This document shows positions 42,898 through 52,885 of a DNA stretch of 64,000 nt, one piece after another (the first letter of the stretch is position 1; each line of letters opens with the position of its first letter). The notes beneath the pieces were generated by a model. That model was not told the origin of the DNA, did no database searches, and worked only from the letters and a program-made list of their open reading frames with translations. The DNA comes from an uncultured Gammaproteobacteria bacterium (lineage in GTDB: Bacteria; Patescibacteriota; Microgenomatia; Levybacterales; GWA1-39-11). Both the position numbers and the translations under genes were made by a program. The DNA is taken from contig CAYYLC010000001.1 in NCBI GenBank assembly GCA_964472415.1, positions 239,194 through 303,193 on the forward strand, read 5' to 3'.

Positions 42898-45539
42898 TCT
42901 ATCGTCAGCGATCTGATGAACGATTTCGTAGCTGAAAATGGAAGAGATTTTATAAGATCTTGTAGGCATAAAAGAATAAGCGCAAAACTAAGAGGAAGCA
43001 GCCATACGATAGGACTCATTGGGGCAGTAGAGAAGATTTTATTGATTGGTGAATATACTATTAATATCAGAGCGGTGATTGAGAGAAATGCTGCTACAAC
43101 AAGATATTTGTTCACAAACAGTGAGCGAGTAAGAACATTTTTTCGGAATGAACGGAATGTGAATGCATTTACTATTTCAAGCAATACAATAGAAGCAAGT
43201 GCCGCAGTTCTAGCAACTTCAACACTTTCACCGAGAATGTTAAATACAAAATAATATGAAGTTAGGGCGGCAAGCGCCATAAGGCTCCCGAGGATAAGAA
43301 CAATTAGGATATGCCATCTCGTAATAATTGTAGAATTTCTTCTTGGGGGATAATTCATGATGTCTTTTGATGTAGGGTTAAGTCCAAGAGTGATTGCAGG
43401 CATGTTATCAGTAACAAGATTCAAAAATAGAATTTGCAGCGCAACGAGAACTGGTGCTTCCCAACCAAAAAATGGAGCGAGCATTACCCCGACGATAATC
43501 ATTCCAAGCTCTGAAAAATTGGTTGAGAGTTGATACGTTACAAATTTTCTGATGTTGTTAAATATAGTTCTTCCTTCTCGAATCGCATTGACAATTGTTG
43601 CGAAGTTGTCATCTTTGAGTGTTAGGTCTGCGACAGATCGTGAAACATCAGTACCATTCTTGCCCATAGCAACACCGATGTGTGCCTCTTTAAGAGCTGG
43701 TGCATCATTTACGCCATCTCCTGTCATCGTGACAATTTCCCCAAGTCTTTTTAAGGCCTTTACGATTCTGAGTTTGTGTTCTGGGTTTACTCGTGCAAAT
43801 ATTGCAGTTTCTTGCACAACATTTTTGAGTTCTTCATCAGATAGTTCAGAGATTTCTTTGCCCACAAGAATTTTTCCCGTAATGCCCACTTGTTTACCGA
43901 TAGCCTCAGCCGTTTCTTTATTATCGCCTGTTATCATTTTTACGGTAATAAAGGCTTTTTTGCAGATCTCAATTGCTGCACGTGCTTCTTCACGAGGCGG
44001 GTCTTCGAGTGCTGCGGTCCCGATAAATATAAAATCATCTTCGGTATATTCTTTGGAGTTTTTTTTATATGCAAAACAAAGAGTCCTGAGTGCTTTCCCT
44101 GCAAGGTGATTATTAATTTCTAAAAGTTCTTGCTTTTTATCCTCAGTCAACTGTACTGTTTTTCCATCGAGCGAGATTTTGTTGCACTTATTGATTATTA
44201 CCTCGAATGCGCCTTTTGCATACACATATTCGGAATTTTCTTCTTTCGTAAGCACAGACATCATCTTGCGCTCTGAAGAAAATGGCACCTCGCTAGTTCG
44301 TTGGAGTCGAAAATCTTCGCTATAAGTATTTGTTTTTGCACCAAGTATTAGAAGCGCTCCCTCGGTTTGACTCCCGATGATTTTATATTCATGCTTTTCA
44401 TCAAGCTTTTCCAACTTCGAATCATTACAAAGAACTGCAGTTTTTATAAGAAGATTAAGTTCATGTGTTTTTTTCAGATCCACACGTTTTTTTTGTTGGA
44501 TGATTTCACCGTTTGATTTATAACCTCTTCCAGTCACGGAGTATATTTCATCTCCAGCAATAATATTTCTTACTGTCATTTCTCCTAGTGTGAGAGTCCC
44601 TGTTTTATCAGTACAAATGACTGTAGTTTCACCGAGTGTTTCGATAATAGACATGCGGTTGACGATGGCATTCTTCTTCGCCATTCGAGAAGCACCAACT
44701 GCGAGCGTTGTGGTGAGGACAACTGGGAAACTTTCAGGAAATGCAGAAACAGAAATTGCGATAACGAGAATGAGTATTTCTGTAAGGTGTGGGCTTGTAA
44801 ATTCTGTTATTCGAGAAAGCATGATAAGGCCGGTTGTTACTGATGCAAGAATTGCGATTCCGACCATTATTTTGGTGATTTTATTTACTTTATTTTGGAG
44901 GGGGAGTTCTTTTTCAACTCGTGAAATAAGTCCAGCAATTTGCCCAAATTTCGTATTCATTCCAGTATGAATTACTTTCGCGTAGCATTTTCCATTTACC
45001 AGAAATGATCCCATATGGAGAATATTTTCTTCATTGTATTTTTCTTCGTTTTTAACTTGCTTTTTTTCTATATCGCTGGATTCTCCGGTGAGAATTGCTT
45101 CGTTTACCTCTATATCTTCGCCATCTATGAGTATGCAGTCTGCAGGAATGCGCTCGCCAGAACGGAGTACAAGGATATCTTCGGTGACGATTCTTTTAGA
45201 AAGTATTTCCTTTTCTTTCCCACCTCTAATAACTCGAGTATGAGGGAGAATCATTTTCTTGAGGGCACTTATTGCCTTTTCTGCACGGTATTCTTGAATA
45301 AATCCTGTGACGATAACAAGGATTATAACTCCTATGATTGTATAGCCAGTGACGACTTCTCCTACGGTGAATGAAATAATTGCAGCAGCAAGGAGAAGGT
45401 AAAATACAAAATTATTCTTTATTTGCCGAAGTAAGATTTTAAACGGAGATGATTTAGAAATATCTCGAATTTCATTTGGTCCTGATTCTTGGAGTTTTCT
45501 CTGTGCTTGCTCGTCAGTAAGTCCCAAGATTTTATTCAT
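42894..45539 (-). CDS. P-type cation-transporting ATPase (P2A/Ca2+-like)
   Basis: [41 protein letters not shown]. Confidence 0.93.
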   Translation of the reverse strand: MNKILGLTDEQAQRKLQESGPNEIRDISKSSPFKILLRQIKNNFVFYLLLAAAIISFTVGEVVTGYTIIGVIILVIVTGFIQEYRAEKAISALKKMILPHTRVIRGGKEKEILSKRIVTEDILVLRSGERIPADCILIDGEDIEVNEAILTGESSDIEKKQVKNEEKYNEENILHMGSFLVNGKCYAKVIHTGMNTKFGQIAGLISRVEKELPLQNKVNKITKIMVGIAILASVTTGLIMLSRITEFTSPHLTEILILVIAISVSAFPESFPVVLTTTLAVGASRMAKKNAIVNRMSIIETLGETTVICTDKTGTLTLGEMTVRNIIAGDEIYSVTGRGYKSNGEIIQQKKRVDLKKTHELNLLIKTAVLCNDSKLEKLDEKHEYKIIGSQTEGALLILGAKTNTYSEDFRLQRTSEVPFSSERKMMSVLTKEENSEYVYAKGAFEVIINKCNKISLDGKTVQLTEDKKQELLEINNHLAGKALRTLCFAYKKNSKEYTEDDFIFIGTAALEDPPREEARAAIEICKKAFITVKMITGDNKETAEAIGKQVGITGKILVGKEISELSDEELKNVVQETAIFARVNPEHKLRIVKALKRLGEIVTMTGDGVNDAPALKEAHIGVAMGKNGTDVSRSVADLTLKDDNFATIVNAIREGRTIFNNIRKFVTYQLSTNFSELGMIIVGVMLAPFFGWEAPVLVALQILFLNLVTDNMPAITLGLNPTSKDIMNYPPRRNSTIITRWHILIVLILGSLMALAALTSYYFVFNILGESVEVARTAALASIVLLEIVNAFTFRSFRKNVLTRSLFVNKYLVVAAFLSITALILIVYSPINKIFSTAPMSPIVWLLPLSFALILLCLQDLIKSLPFSATKSFIRSLTID

Positions 45540-45607
45540 ATTACTCTAGCATAGTAAATATAGTAGTTATATTTCAAGAATTTACAGTATTTCGTATAAT
45601 ACGAGTT

Positions 45608-46069
45608 ATGCGCAAAATAAAGCGAATCCCTATAACACAAGAAGGGTTTGATGCACTGAGAAAAAAATTACAGGATTTAAAAAATATGAGGCCTCAGGCA
45701 GTAGAGACGCTTTCTGATGCACGCAAGATGGGAGATCTATCTGAAAATGGACTATACAGTGCCGCAAAAATGCGCCTGAGGTCTATTGATTCGCAGATTT
45801 TTCGACTTACTATTCAGATACGACTTGCAGATATTATCTTAGATTTAGGGAATGATGTCGTGCGACTTGGTTCAAGAGTTACGATTTCTGATGGTGAAAA
45901 AACTCGTACATTCCATATTGTAGGTCACTATGAGGCAGATCCTTTGAGTGGAAAGATATCGAGCCTTTCGCCAATTGGGAAAGGTCTTATGAGAAAAAAA
46001 GTTGGAGATAAGGGGGAAATTATTACGCCACAAGGAAAAACCACCTTTACAATTTTACAAATTCAGTAG
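45608..46069 (+). CDS. greA: Transcription elongation factor GreA/GreB family
   Basis: ARKMGDLSEN, EADP..GKIS..SPIG. Confidence 0.9.
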   Translation: MRKIKRIPITQEGFDALRKKLQDLKNMRPQAVETLSDARKMGDLSENGLYSAAKMRLRSIDSQIFRLTIQIRLADIILDLGNDVVRLGSRVTISDGEKTRTFHIVGHYEADPLSGKISSLSPIGKGLMRKKVGDKGEIITPQGKTTFTILQIQ

Positions 46070-48349
46070 CTCGTCTTCTTCGTCAGGGGTTGGTGAGATT
46101 TCGTCAGGAGTTGGTGAGGCTTTGTTTGGGATAGTTGGAATAAGAATTATTGATTGTGTCGGAGTTGGAGTATTGCTCGGATTATTATTGTCATTAGTAT
46201 CATCTTCCTCACTTTCATCACCATCATTATCATCGTTGTTATTATCACTAGCATTTTCATCCGGTGTGGGGGTGGGTGTTGGGATATCGCATTGTCTATC
46301 AGGAACAGTTCCTCTGAGGAAGAATTCAGGGTACGCAGAAGATGTTGCGAAATCAATAAGACCTCCATCTTCAAAACATACTTCTTGTTTTATAATGCCA
46401 TTTGGCTGTCTAAAATTTTCTATTCGTGTTATTTGTTTAAATCCTGCTTCCATAATCTGTCTCCAAATAGGGGCGGCACCTAAAGATCCTGCGATACTTG
46501 TCATGGGGCTATTGTCATTATTTCCGATCCATACTCCTACAGCGAGTTGTGGTGTGTATCCTACAGTAAGTGCGTCACGGTAATCATCTGTAGTTCCGGT
46601 TTTAACAGCTGCGGGGCGAGATACAGTGAGTGCTTCGCCGAAAGTATCTTGGCGTGCAGCATTATCTGAAAGAATAGAGCTTATGAGAAATGCGACTGTT
46701 TCAGGAAGCGCACTGCTGCTATCTGGATTTGATTTATATATCCTTTTTCCATTTTTATCTTGTATTTCAGTGAGGAGTGAATATTCATTCCACTCACCTT
46801 GATTTGCAAATGTAGCATAGGCATTTGTTATTTCGATAAGTGGTACTTCTGCAGATCCAAGAACGAAGGGGAGCCCATAGTCCAAATCATCTGATAATGT
46901 AGTAATCCCGAGGTCTTGAGCAAATTCTATCCCTTTATTAACTCCGAGCATATTCATTACATGGACTGCTGGAATATTGAGAGAATTTGAAAGTGCATAG
47001 CGAATAGTTACTTCACCACGAAACGAATTGTCATAGTTTCTTGGACGGTAAGTCCCAAATGTTATTGGCTCATCCTTTATTTGGGTAGATGGAGTGATAA
47101 GTCGTTCTTCAAATGCTTTTGCATAAATTATCGGCTTAAATGACGATCCAGGTTGTCGTGGCCGAATTGCCATGTTGATACGACCATTTTCAGTATCATT
47201 CCAATCATAGCTTCCCACCAGAGCTCGTACCTCACCAGTGTCAGGATCAATCACAACTGCAGCGCCATTGGTTACCTGCGAACCTTTTAGTCTGTTTACT
47301 TGTGCTTCTACTGCATTCTGGGCGGCAGTCTGCAGACTTAAATCAAGCGTTGTGTGTACTACATATCCACTTTTTGCGACATCTCGTTCACCAAATTTAT
47401 CGATAAGAAAATCCTGGATCATTAATGCGAAATGAACACCTTGTTCATTCATATCTTGCTCTGTTGGATTAAATATTATATTTTCTTCTTGAGCTCTATT
47501 CATTTCTTCTTCAGTGATGTGTTTTTGTTCATACATGAGTGAGAGAACGAGATTTTTTCGATTTAGTGCTGCATCCAAATTTCCCGTGAGTGGCGAGTAG
47601 TATGATGGCGCGCGGATAATTCCTGCTAGTAATGCACTTTCGGCAAGTGTAAGTTCTGATGCATCCTTTGAGAAGTAGCGCATTGCTGCATCTGCAATAC
47701 CAAATGCACCTTCTCCATAAAAATTCGTGTTTATATATAGTTCAAGAATGTCATCTTTTGAATATCGTCGCTCGAGTTCGAGTGCAAGGACTAGTTCTTG
47801 GTATTTTCTGAGTAAATGCTTATCTGGAGACAATATGGCATTTTTTATGAGTTGTTGAGAGATTGTAGATCCTCCTTGGATACTCGATTGCGAGAGGATA
47901 TTTTCTCGAAATGCCCGAGCAATTCCTGTGATGGAAAATCCCGGATGACTATAGAAATCTTTATCCTCTATCGCAATAAAAGCATATTTCGTATACGCTG
48001 GAAGCGTATCGAGAGCAACAGGGTTTTTTGTAGTAGCATCAAAGAGGGTGAAAAACGCTTCTCCGCTCCGGTCAAGTAAAATTATTCCCTCGTTCTTTTT
48101 ATTCAGAATCCGATCTTTAGACGAAAGATCTCTTACAAAATAAAGATATGTCGCAATAGGAATCAAGATCATAATAACGATTCCAATGAGAATTGCGTAC
48201 TTTAGATATCTCCGATTTTTCTTTATAAAATGGAAAATATCTTCCTTTCTAAGATTTCGTATCTTGTGATATTGCTCTTTTAAATACGTTTTATCGATTT
48301 TCTTGTTCAATATCACAAAAGATTTGAGCTTGTCTGATAACGACCTCAT
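46055..48349 (-). CDS. Class A penicillin-binding protein (PBP1A-like)
   Basis: TM; transglycosylase EDKDFYSH and GGSTISQQLIKN; transpeptidase SSFK, SLN, KTGT; low-complexity P/T/D/N tail. Confidence 0.95.
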   Translation of the reverse strand: MRSLSDKLKSFVILNKKIDKTYLKEQYHKIRNLRKEDIFHFIKKNRRYLKYAILIGIVIMILIPIATYLYFVRDLSSKDRILNKKNEGIILLDRSGEAFFTLFDATTKNPVALDTLPAYTKYAFIAIEDKDFYSHPGFSITGIARAFRENILSQSSIQGGSTISQQLIKNAILSPDKHLLRKYQELVLALELERRYSKDDILELYINTNFYGEGAFGIADAAMRYFSKDASELTLAESALLAGIIRAPSYYSPLTGNLDAALNRKNLVLSLMYEQKHITEEEMNRAQEENIIFNPTEQDMNEQGVHFALMIQDFLIDKFGERDVAKSGYVVHTTLDLSLQTAAQNAVEAQVNRLKGSQVTNGAAVVIDPDTGEVRALVGSYDWNDTENGRINMAIRPRQPGSSFKPIIYAKAFEERLITPSTQIKDEPITFGTYRPRNYDNSFRGEVTIRYALSNSLNIPAVHVMNMLGVNKGIEFAQDLGITTLSDDLDYGLPFVLGSAEVPLIEITNAYATFANQGEWNEYSLLTEIQDKNGKRIYKSNPDSSSALPETVAFLISSILSDNAARQDTFGEALTVSRPAAVKTGTTDDYRDALTVGYTPQLAVGVWIGNNDNSPMTSIAGSLGAAPIWRQIMEAGFKQITRIENFRQPNGIIKQEVCFEDGGLIDFATSSAYPEFFLRGTVPDRQCDIPTPTPTPDENASDNNNDDNDGDESEEDDTNDNNNPSNTPTPTQSIILIPTIPNKASPTPDEISPTPDEEDELLNL

Positions 48350-48539
48350 ATGTCAATATTATACTATCGAAAACTGAATTTCAGAGAAATCCTCGTAGGA
48401 CTATCGGAAGATGTGTATTTGACGCTATGGCTATGTAACACAGCAAAATTAACCTCCTATCTGTAAATGAATGGATTTATTACTCATCCTGAGCCTATGA
48501 TGGAAGATAAATTTTTGGTAGCATAAAAGCTATAGAGTT

Positions 48540-50894
48540 ATGTGGGTATTGCTAAGAAATATTCTTATTGTGGGTATCTTGGGAACATTTTTTTTGTCGG
48601 GTTTCCCATCGGATAAATTTGTGTATTATGCAACACAAGATATTTTTTATGGGAATCTTATCCAGAAGGATTTTGCTCAACTTTTCAAGCCGGAAGTGAA
48701 AAAAATACAGGCTGCAAATTTTTCTATGCAGACAGGATATTATATAGGATCTGGTTCGACGCTCTCTATTTCTGGCCTTGGATTCCAGCCGGATTTCATA
48801 TTGATCAAATCAGACACAAATGCTGGAGAGGCAGTGTTTAAAACGAGTGCGATGGCAAGCACAAATATGGCACTCATTGGTCCTGCTGCAGATAACACTA
48901 CTTCACAGATAACGATTGATTCAGATGGATTTACTGTAGGTAATATCGCCTACGTAAATAGAATTAATGATAGATATAATTGGGTGGCATTTGGAGGATC
49001 TGATTGTAGTTCAAGTGGAACATTTTGCGTAGGTCAGTATACGGGTAACGGATCATCTCCACGAAAAATTTCTACAGGATTCCAGCCAGATTTTGTACTA
49101 GCGAAGCATTCAACTGCAAATTTTTCAGCACATTTTCATACAGCTTCTCAGCCAGATAATGAAATTGGATATCTTACAAATTCTGTGCGAAATACGAGCG
49201 GGAACTATATTCGAGACTTCGTGTCAGATGGTTTTAATGTAGGACATTCCGGTTCATCAGGAAATAATGTAAATGGGCAGACATATAACTATATTGCTTT
49301 CAAGGCGACAAGCGGAATATTTTCAGAAGGAAGCTATACTGGCAATAACACGGATAATAGAAACATCACTGGAGTTGGGTTTAAGCCGGATTTTGTGCTG
49401 GTAAAAAGTATTAGTGCTTCTCCAGGAACGATAAATATTTCCGAAACTTATGGAGATTATGGAATACTGTTAACTGCTGTTGCAAGCAGTACTAATAATA
49501 TTCAAGAACTTCAGAGTGATGGGTTCCAAGTGGGGACTGCTACGACAGTAAATGCAAATGCTGATACATATTATTGGGTGGCATTTGGGGGCTCTGCCGA
49601 TTATACGTCTAGCGGAACCTTTCGTATGGATGTGGGATCGTATACTGGCACTGGGACCTCTCAATCTATCACAGGATTAGGATTCGCGCCAGATTTGGTT
49701 ATTATTAAAGCTCATAATGGAAACTACTCTGTTTTTAGAACCAGCATGATGAGAAATGATTTAACGAATTACCTTGCTGTGTCTGCGGGAGATTTTACGC
49801 AGGGAATAACGTCTCTTGATTCAGATGGATTTACTGTGGGATTGAGTTCTATTGTAAATACCAATGGCATTACCTATGAATGGCAGGCATTCGGGAATGC
49901 ATATAATCCATATACTAATACTGGGGCTTCTGATTTTGCGATAGGCGCATATATCGGAAACGGTGTGGATAATAGGAACATAGTCAAACTTCCCTGGCAG
50001 CCGGATTTTATCGCGACAAAAAGGAACACAACTTCACCATTGGTATGGAGATCATCTGTTATGGGGGGGGATGTTTCCAGCTCTTTGAATGCAACTGCTG
50101 ATAGTTCAAATAAGATACAAGCATTTAATAGTGATGGGTTTCAAGTGGGTTCTGATGATACTGCAAACTTCTCTGGGAGCTTATATCGGTGGTTTGCGTT
50201 TAAACAAGGGAGTAGTTTTGCAGTAGGAGGTTATACAGGGAATTCTACGGACAATCGTGATATTACTGATGTAGGGTTCCAGCCAGATTTGGTTTTTGTT
50301 AAAGGTACGGCAGGTGTGAATGGTGTGTTCCGATCGAGCTCTCTTACGGGAGATAGTTCTCAGTATTTCATAAATTTACCAAATACGAGTGACCGGATTC
50401 AGTCCCTTCTCTCGAATGGGTTTCAGTTGGGAGGAAATCAAACAGAAACAAATACAAATGCTAGTATTTATCGATATATCGCATGGAAAATCCCATCGAG
50501 CGCGCCTGAAGTTTCAGTTACGATAACAACTGATGGAACGATAAATTACGGAACGATAAATTCTGGTGAGACTATAAGTACTCTCAATCTTTCTGATACG
50601 CAAACTGTCCAGAATGACGGAGGAGTACCGATAGATATAAATATAAAAACAAGTACCCCAGAGGGATGGACATTGGGTTCAGTTTCTGGCACAGACACAT
50701 TTATTCATGAATTTTCTACAAATGCAGGATCTGATTGGATAGAATTTATTGCTGAAGATACGTATCAATCTTTTTGGAGTAATTTGGGAGTTGATGATAC
50801 GAAAAATTTTGATTTACGTTTTACTTCACCAAATCCTTCTACAGTTGCTACAGAGAAGATTATTTCCGTAACTATTCAAGCAGTCGAGCACTAG
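48540..50894 (+). CDS. Secreted repeat protein: six ~95-105 aa repeats plus a C-terminal pilin/WxL-like domain (putative adhesin)
   Basis: N-terminal hydrophobic segment; six GxY(T/I)G...(F/W)xPD(F/L)...(D/N)GF...Y.(W/Y).A(F/W) repeats; the last ~130 aa align with the next ORF. Confidence 0.75.
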   Translation: MWVLLRNILIVGILGTFFLSGFPSDKFVYYATQDIFYGNLIQKDFAQLFKPEVKKIQAANFSMQTGYYIGSGSTLSISGLGFQPDFILIKSDTNAGEAVFKTSAMASTNMALIGPAADNTTSQITIDSDGFTVGNIAYVNRINDRYNWVAFGGSDCSSSGTFCVGQYTGNGSSPRKISTGFQPDFVLAKHSTANFSAHFHTASQPDNEIGYLTNSVRNTSGNYIRDFVSDGFNVGHSGSSGNNVNGQTYNYIAFKATSGIFSEGSYTGNNTDNRNITGVGFKPDFVLVKSISASPGTINISETYGDYGILLTAVASSTNNIQELQSDGFQVGTATTVNANADTYYWVAFGGSADYTSSGTFRMDVGSYTGTGTSQSITGLGFAPDLVIIKAHNGNYSVFRTSMMRNDLTNYLAVSAGDFTQGITSLDSDGFTVGLSSIVNTNGITYEWQAFGNAYNPYTNTGASDFAIGAYIGNGVDNRNIVKLPWQPDFIATKRNTTSPLVWRSSVMGGDVSSSLNATADSSNKIQAFNSDGFQVGSDDTANFSGSLYRWFAFKQGSSFAVGGYTGNSTDNRDITDVGFQPDLVFVKGTAGVNGVFRSSSLTGDSSQYFINLPNTSDRIQSLLSNGFQLGGNQTETNTNASIYRYIAWKIPSSAPEVSVTITTDGTINYGTINSGETISTLNLSDTQTVQNDGGVPIDINIKTSTPEGWTLGSVSGTDTFIHEFSTNAGSDWIEFIAEDTYQSFWSNLGVDDTKNFDLRFTSPNPSTVATEKIISVTIQAVEH
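48726..50489 (+). repeat. Six degenerate intragenic domain repeats
   Basis: GFQPDF, GFQPDF, GFKPDF, GFAPDL, PWQPDF and GFQPDL at roughly 300 nt spacing. Confidence 0.9.
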
Positions 50895-50946
50895 ATTGCC
50901 TATTGACTGAATAAAGATTATTTGATTTACTGATACCATAAGTACA

Positions 50947-51477
50947 ATGAAAGTGTCTATTCGTACTAAAAACATTACAAAAAGATCGATATTTTTTCAT
51001 TTATCGTTGATTATGTTCCTTTTTTCAATGGTTGTGCTGCCAGTGCGGGCAGCAAGTACAGATTCTGTTACCGCAACAGTTACTGTCCAGAACATATCAG
51101 TCTCAGTTTCAGATGGTGCTATTGCATACGGTACTTTGGCGCTAAATTCTTCCGCTGGTACGAATGGGATAGATACGCAAACTGCAGAAAACGATGGTAA
51201 TGTTACAGTAGACTTCAATATTCGTGGTCAAGACACCGCAAACTGGACACTGGGTGCTACAGCTGATTCTGATCTGTATGTTCATCGGTTTTGTACAGAA
51301 ACTTGCGATTCTGCACCTACAAACTATACTGCATTAACAACAAACTATCAGACACTTGCCGAGAGTAAGGCAGCAGAGGCAACGCAGACATTTGATCTTC
51401 ATATCTCTACTCCTACATCGACAGCTAACTATACAGAACAGTCAGCAGATGTTACCGTACAAGCAGCCCTTCCATAA
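50947..51477 (+). CDS. Small secreted beta-rich protein (putative major pilin, WxL-like)
   Basis: Signal peptide ending VRA; Thr-rich; contains WTLG; paralogous to the adhesin C-terminus. Confidence 0.7.
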   Translation: MKVSIRTKNITKRSIFFHLSLIMFLFSMVVLPVRAASTDSVTATVTVQNISVSVSDGAIAYGTLALNSSAGTNGIDTQTAENDGNVTVDFNIRGQDTANWTLGATADSDLYVHRFCTETCDSAPTNYTALTTNYQTLAESKAAEATQTFDLHISTPTSTANYTEQSADVTVQAALP

Positions 51478-51530
51478 AGATATAAAATTCTTCAACATTT
51501 CTGTAATCACTTATGTATAATAATGAATAG

Positions 51531-52196
51531 ATGAGAAGGTTAATACTGTACATATTCTTAGGACTTATTTTCTTTACTATTCCCATTCAGTCGTTTGCAA
51601 AAATTGGCGTAGGAGTCGGGACGGGAAAAATTCAAGTTGACGATGATTTAAAGCCAGGAATTATCTATCAACTTCCCTCACTTACCGTATTTAATACCGG
51701 TGATGTGGATTCTGAATACACAGTGAATGTTGCATATCACGAGAAACAGCCAGAACTACGGCCTGAAAAATCGTGGTTACAGTTTTCTCCTGCTGAATTT
51801 GAGCTTAAACCAGGAGAGTCACAGGAAGTCCAGATAAAATTAAACCTTCCTGTGCGAACTGAGCCAGGAGACTACTTCGCGTATTTAGAAGGGAGCCCGA
51901 TTACCAAAAGTGCGAATGGGGCAACTACTGTAGGCATTGCTGCTGCTGCAAAATTATATTTCACGATAGTACCGGGAAATATTTTAGAGGGTATATATTT
52001 TAAATTGCTTTCTATGTGGGATATATACGCACCGTGGCCACAGGTAATTCTTGGAATTATCGTGGTGATGGGGATAATTCTTCTCGGCAAAAAATACCTC
52101 AATATTCAAATAAATGTAAAGGGGGACAAACGTAAATCTCCAAAGAAACTTGAAGCACAAGAAAAGCTAGCTAATGAGGAGATTGATAAAAAGTAA
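51531..52196 (+). CDS. Exported Ig-fold protein (DUF916/PapD-like) with C-terminal TM anchor
   Basis: Signal peptide ending SFA; TVFNTGD, WLQFSP.EFELKPGESQEV, PGDY; TM and Lys-rich tail. Confidence 0.65.
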   Translation: MRRLILYIFLGLIFFTIPIQSFAKIGVGVGTGKIQVDDDLKPGIIYQLPSLTVFNTGDVDSEYTVNVAYHEKQPELRPEKSWLQFSPAEFELKPGESQEVQIKLNLPVRTEPGDYFAYLEGSPITKSANGATTVGIAAAAKLYFTIVPGNILEGIYFKLLSMWDIYAPWPQVILGIIVVMGIILLGKKYLNIQINVKGDKRKSPKKLEAQEKLANEEIDKK

Positions 52197-52204
52197 TAGG
52201 ATGG

Positions 52205-52882
52205 ATGAACAGAGCAAATCAGATTGCAAGAATAATAACGTTCTTCGTTATATTCTTCCCCTTTGGATTATATGAGATTTATGCCCAGAGTAGCACTACA
52301 ATTATTGATGCAACGGTCAAGATCAGTATCTGTGGGAATGAAATAATTGAAGGAGGAGAGGACTGTGAAGGATCAAATCTCAATAATCAAACATGTCAGT
52401 CAGTAGGATATGGCCCAGGAAATCTTACGTGTGATATAGCCTGTACGTATGACGTAACCAATTGCTTAAGCCCTTCACCAACTCCTTCACCAATTCCTAC
52501 TATAATCCCTACACTTACTCCAACGGAAGGAGTAAGTCCGTCTCTTCCACAATTAGATAGTATTTCACCGTCGCCTTATTTGCTACAAAGTCCTATATTG
52601 CAGCCAAGTGTTTCTATATCGCCACGAATTACAGAATTAAGACCTCTCGGTACGGAGCTTCCAGAAAGCTTGCAGTATTTTGACTTTCGGGGTATCGGGA
52701 AAATCTTACTTTCAGATCTAACAGATGTTGTTGCCATTTGGGTAGATGGATGGAGAAATGTATTGCGTGAAGATGGGTCGAAAGGTGCGGTTTTACCAGA
52801 TCTGCAGAAATGTGATATGAATAATGATGGATTGTGTAATTTAACAGATTTTTCAATACTTATGTCATATATTGAATCGTAA
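52205..52882 (+). CDS. Secreted protein with Cys-rich module, Pro/Thr/Ser linker and dockerin-like C-terminus
   Basis: CGNEIIEGGEDC...TC...TC...C; PSPTPSPIPT linker; CDMNNDGLCNLTDFSILM. Confidence 0.7.
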   Translation: MNRANQIARIITFFVIFFPFGLYEIYAQSSTTIIDATVKISICGNEIIEGGEDCEGSNLNNQTCQSVGYGPGNLTCDIACTYDVTNCLSPSPTPSPIPTIIPTLTPTEGVSPSLPQLDSISPSPYLLQSPILQPSVSISPRITELRPLGTELPESLQYFDFRGIGKILLSDLTDVVAIWVDGWRNVLREDGSKGAVLPDLQKCDMNNDGLCNLTDFSILMSYIES

Positions 52883-52885
52883 ATT

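Noticed and set aside
46002-46583. 193-aa + strand Ser/Gly/Leu-rich ORF
   Set aside because: Antisense of the low-complexity PBP tail.
48726-50489. CRISPR array or DGR template/variable repeats
   Set aside because: The repeats are degenerate protein-level domain repeats. I saw no identical DNA repeats with spacers and no cas or reverse transcriptase gene in the window.
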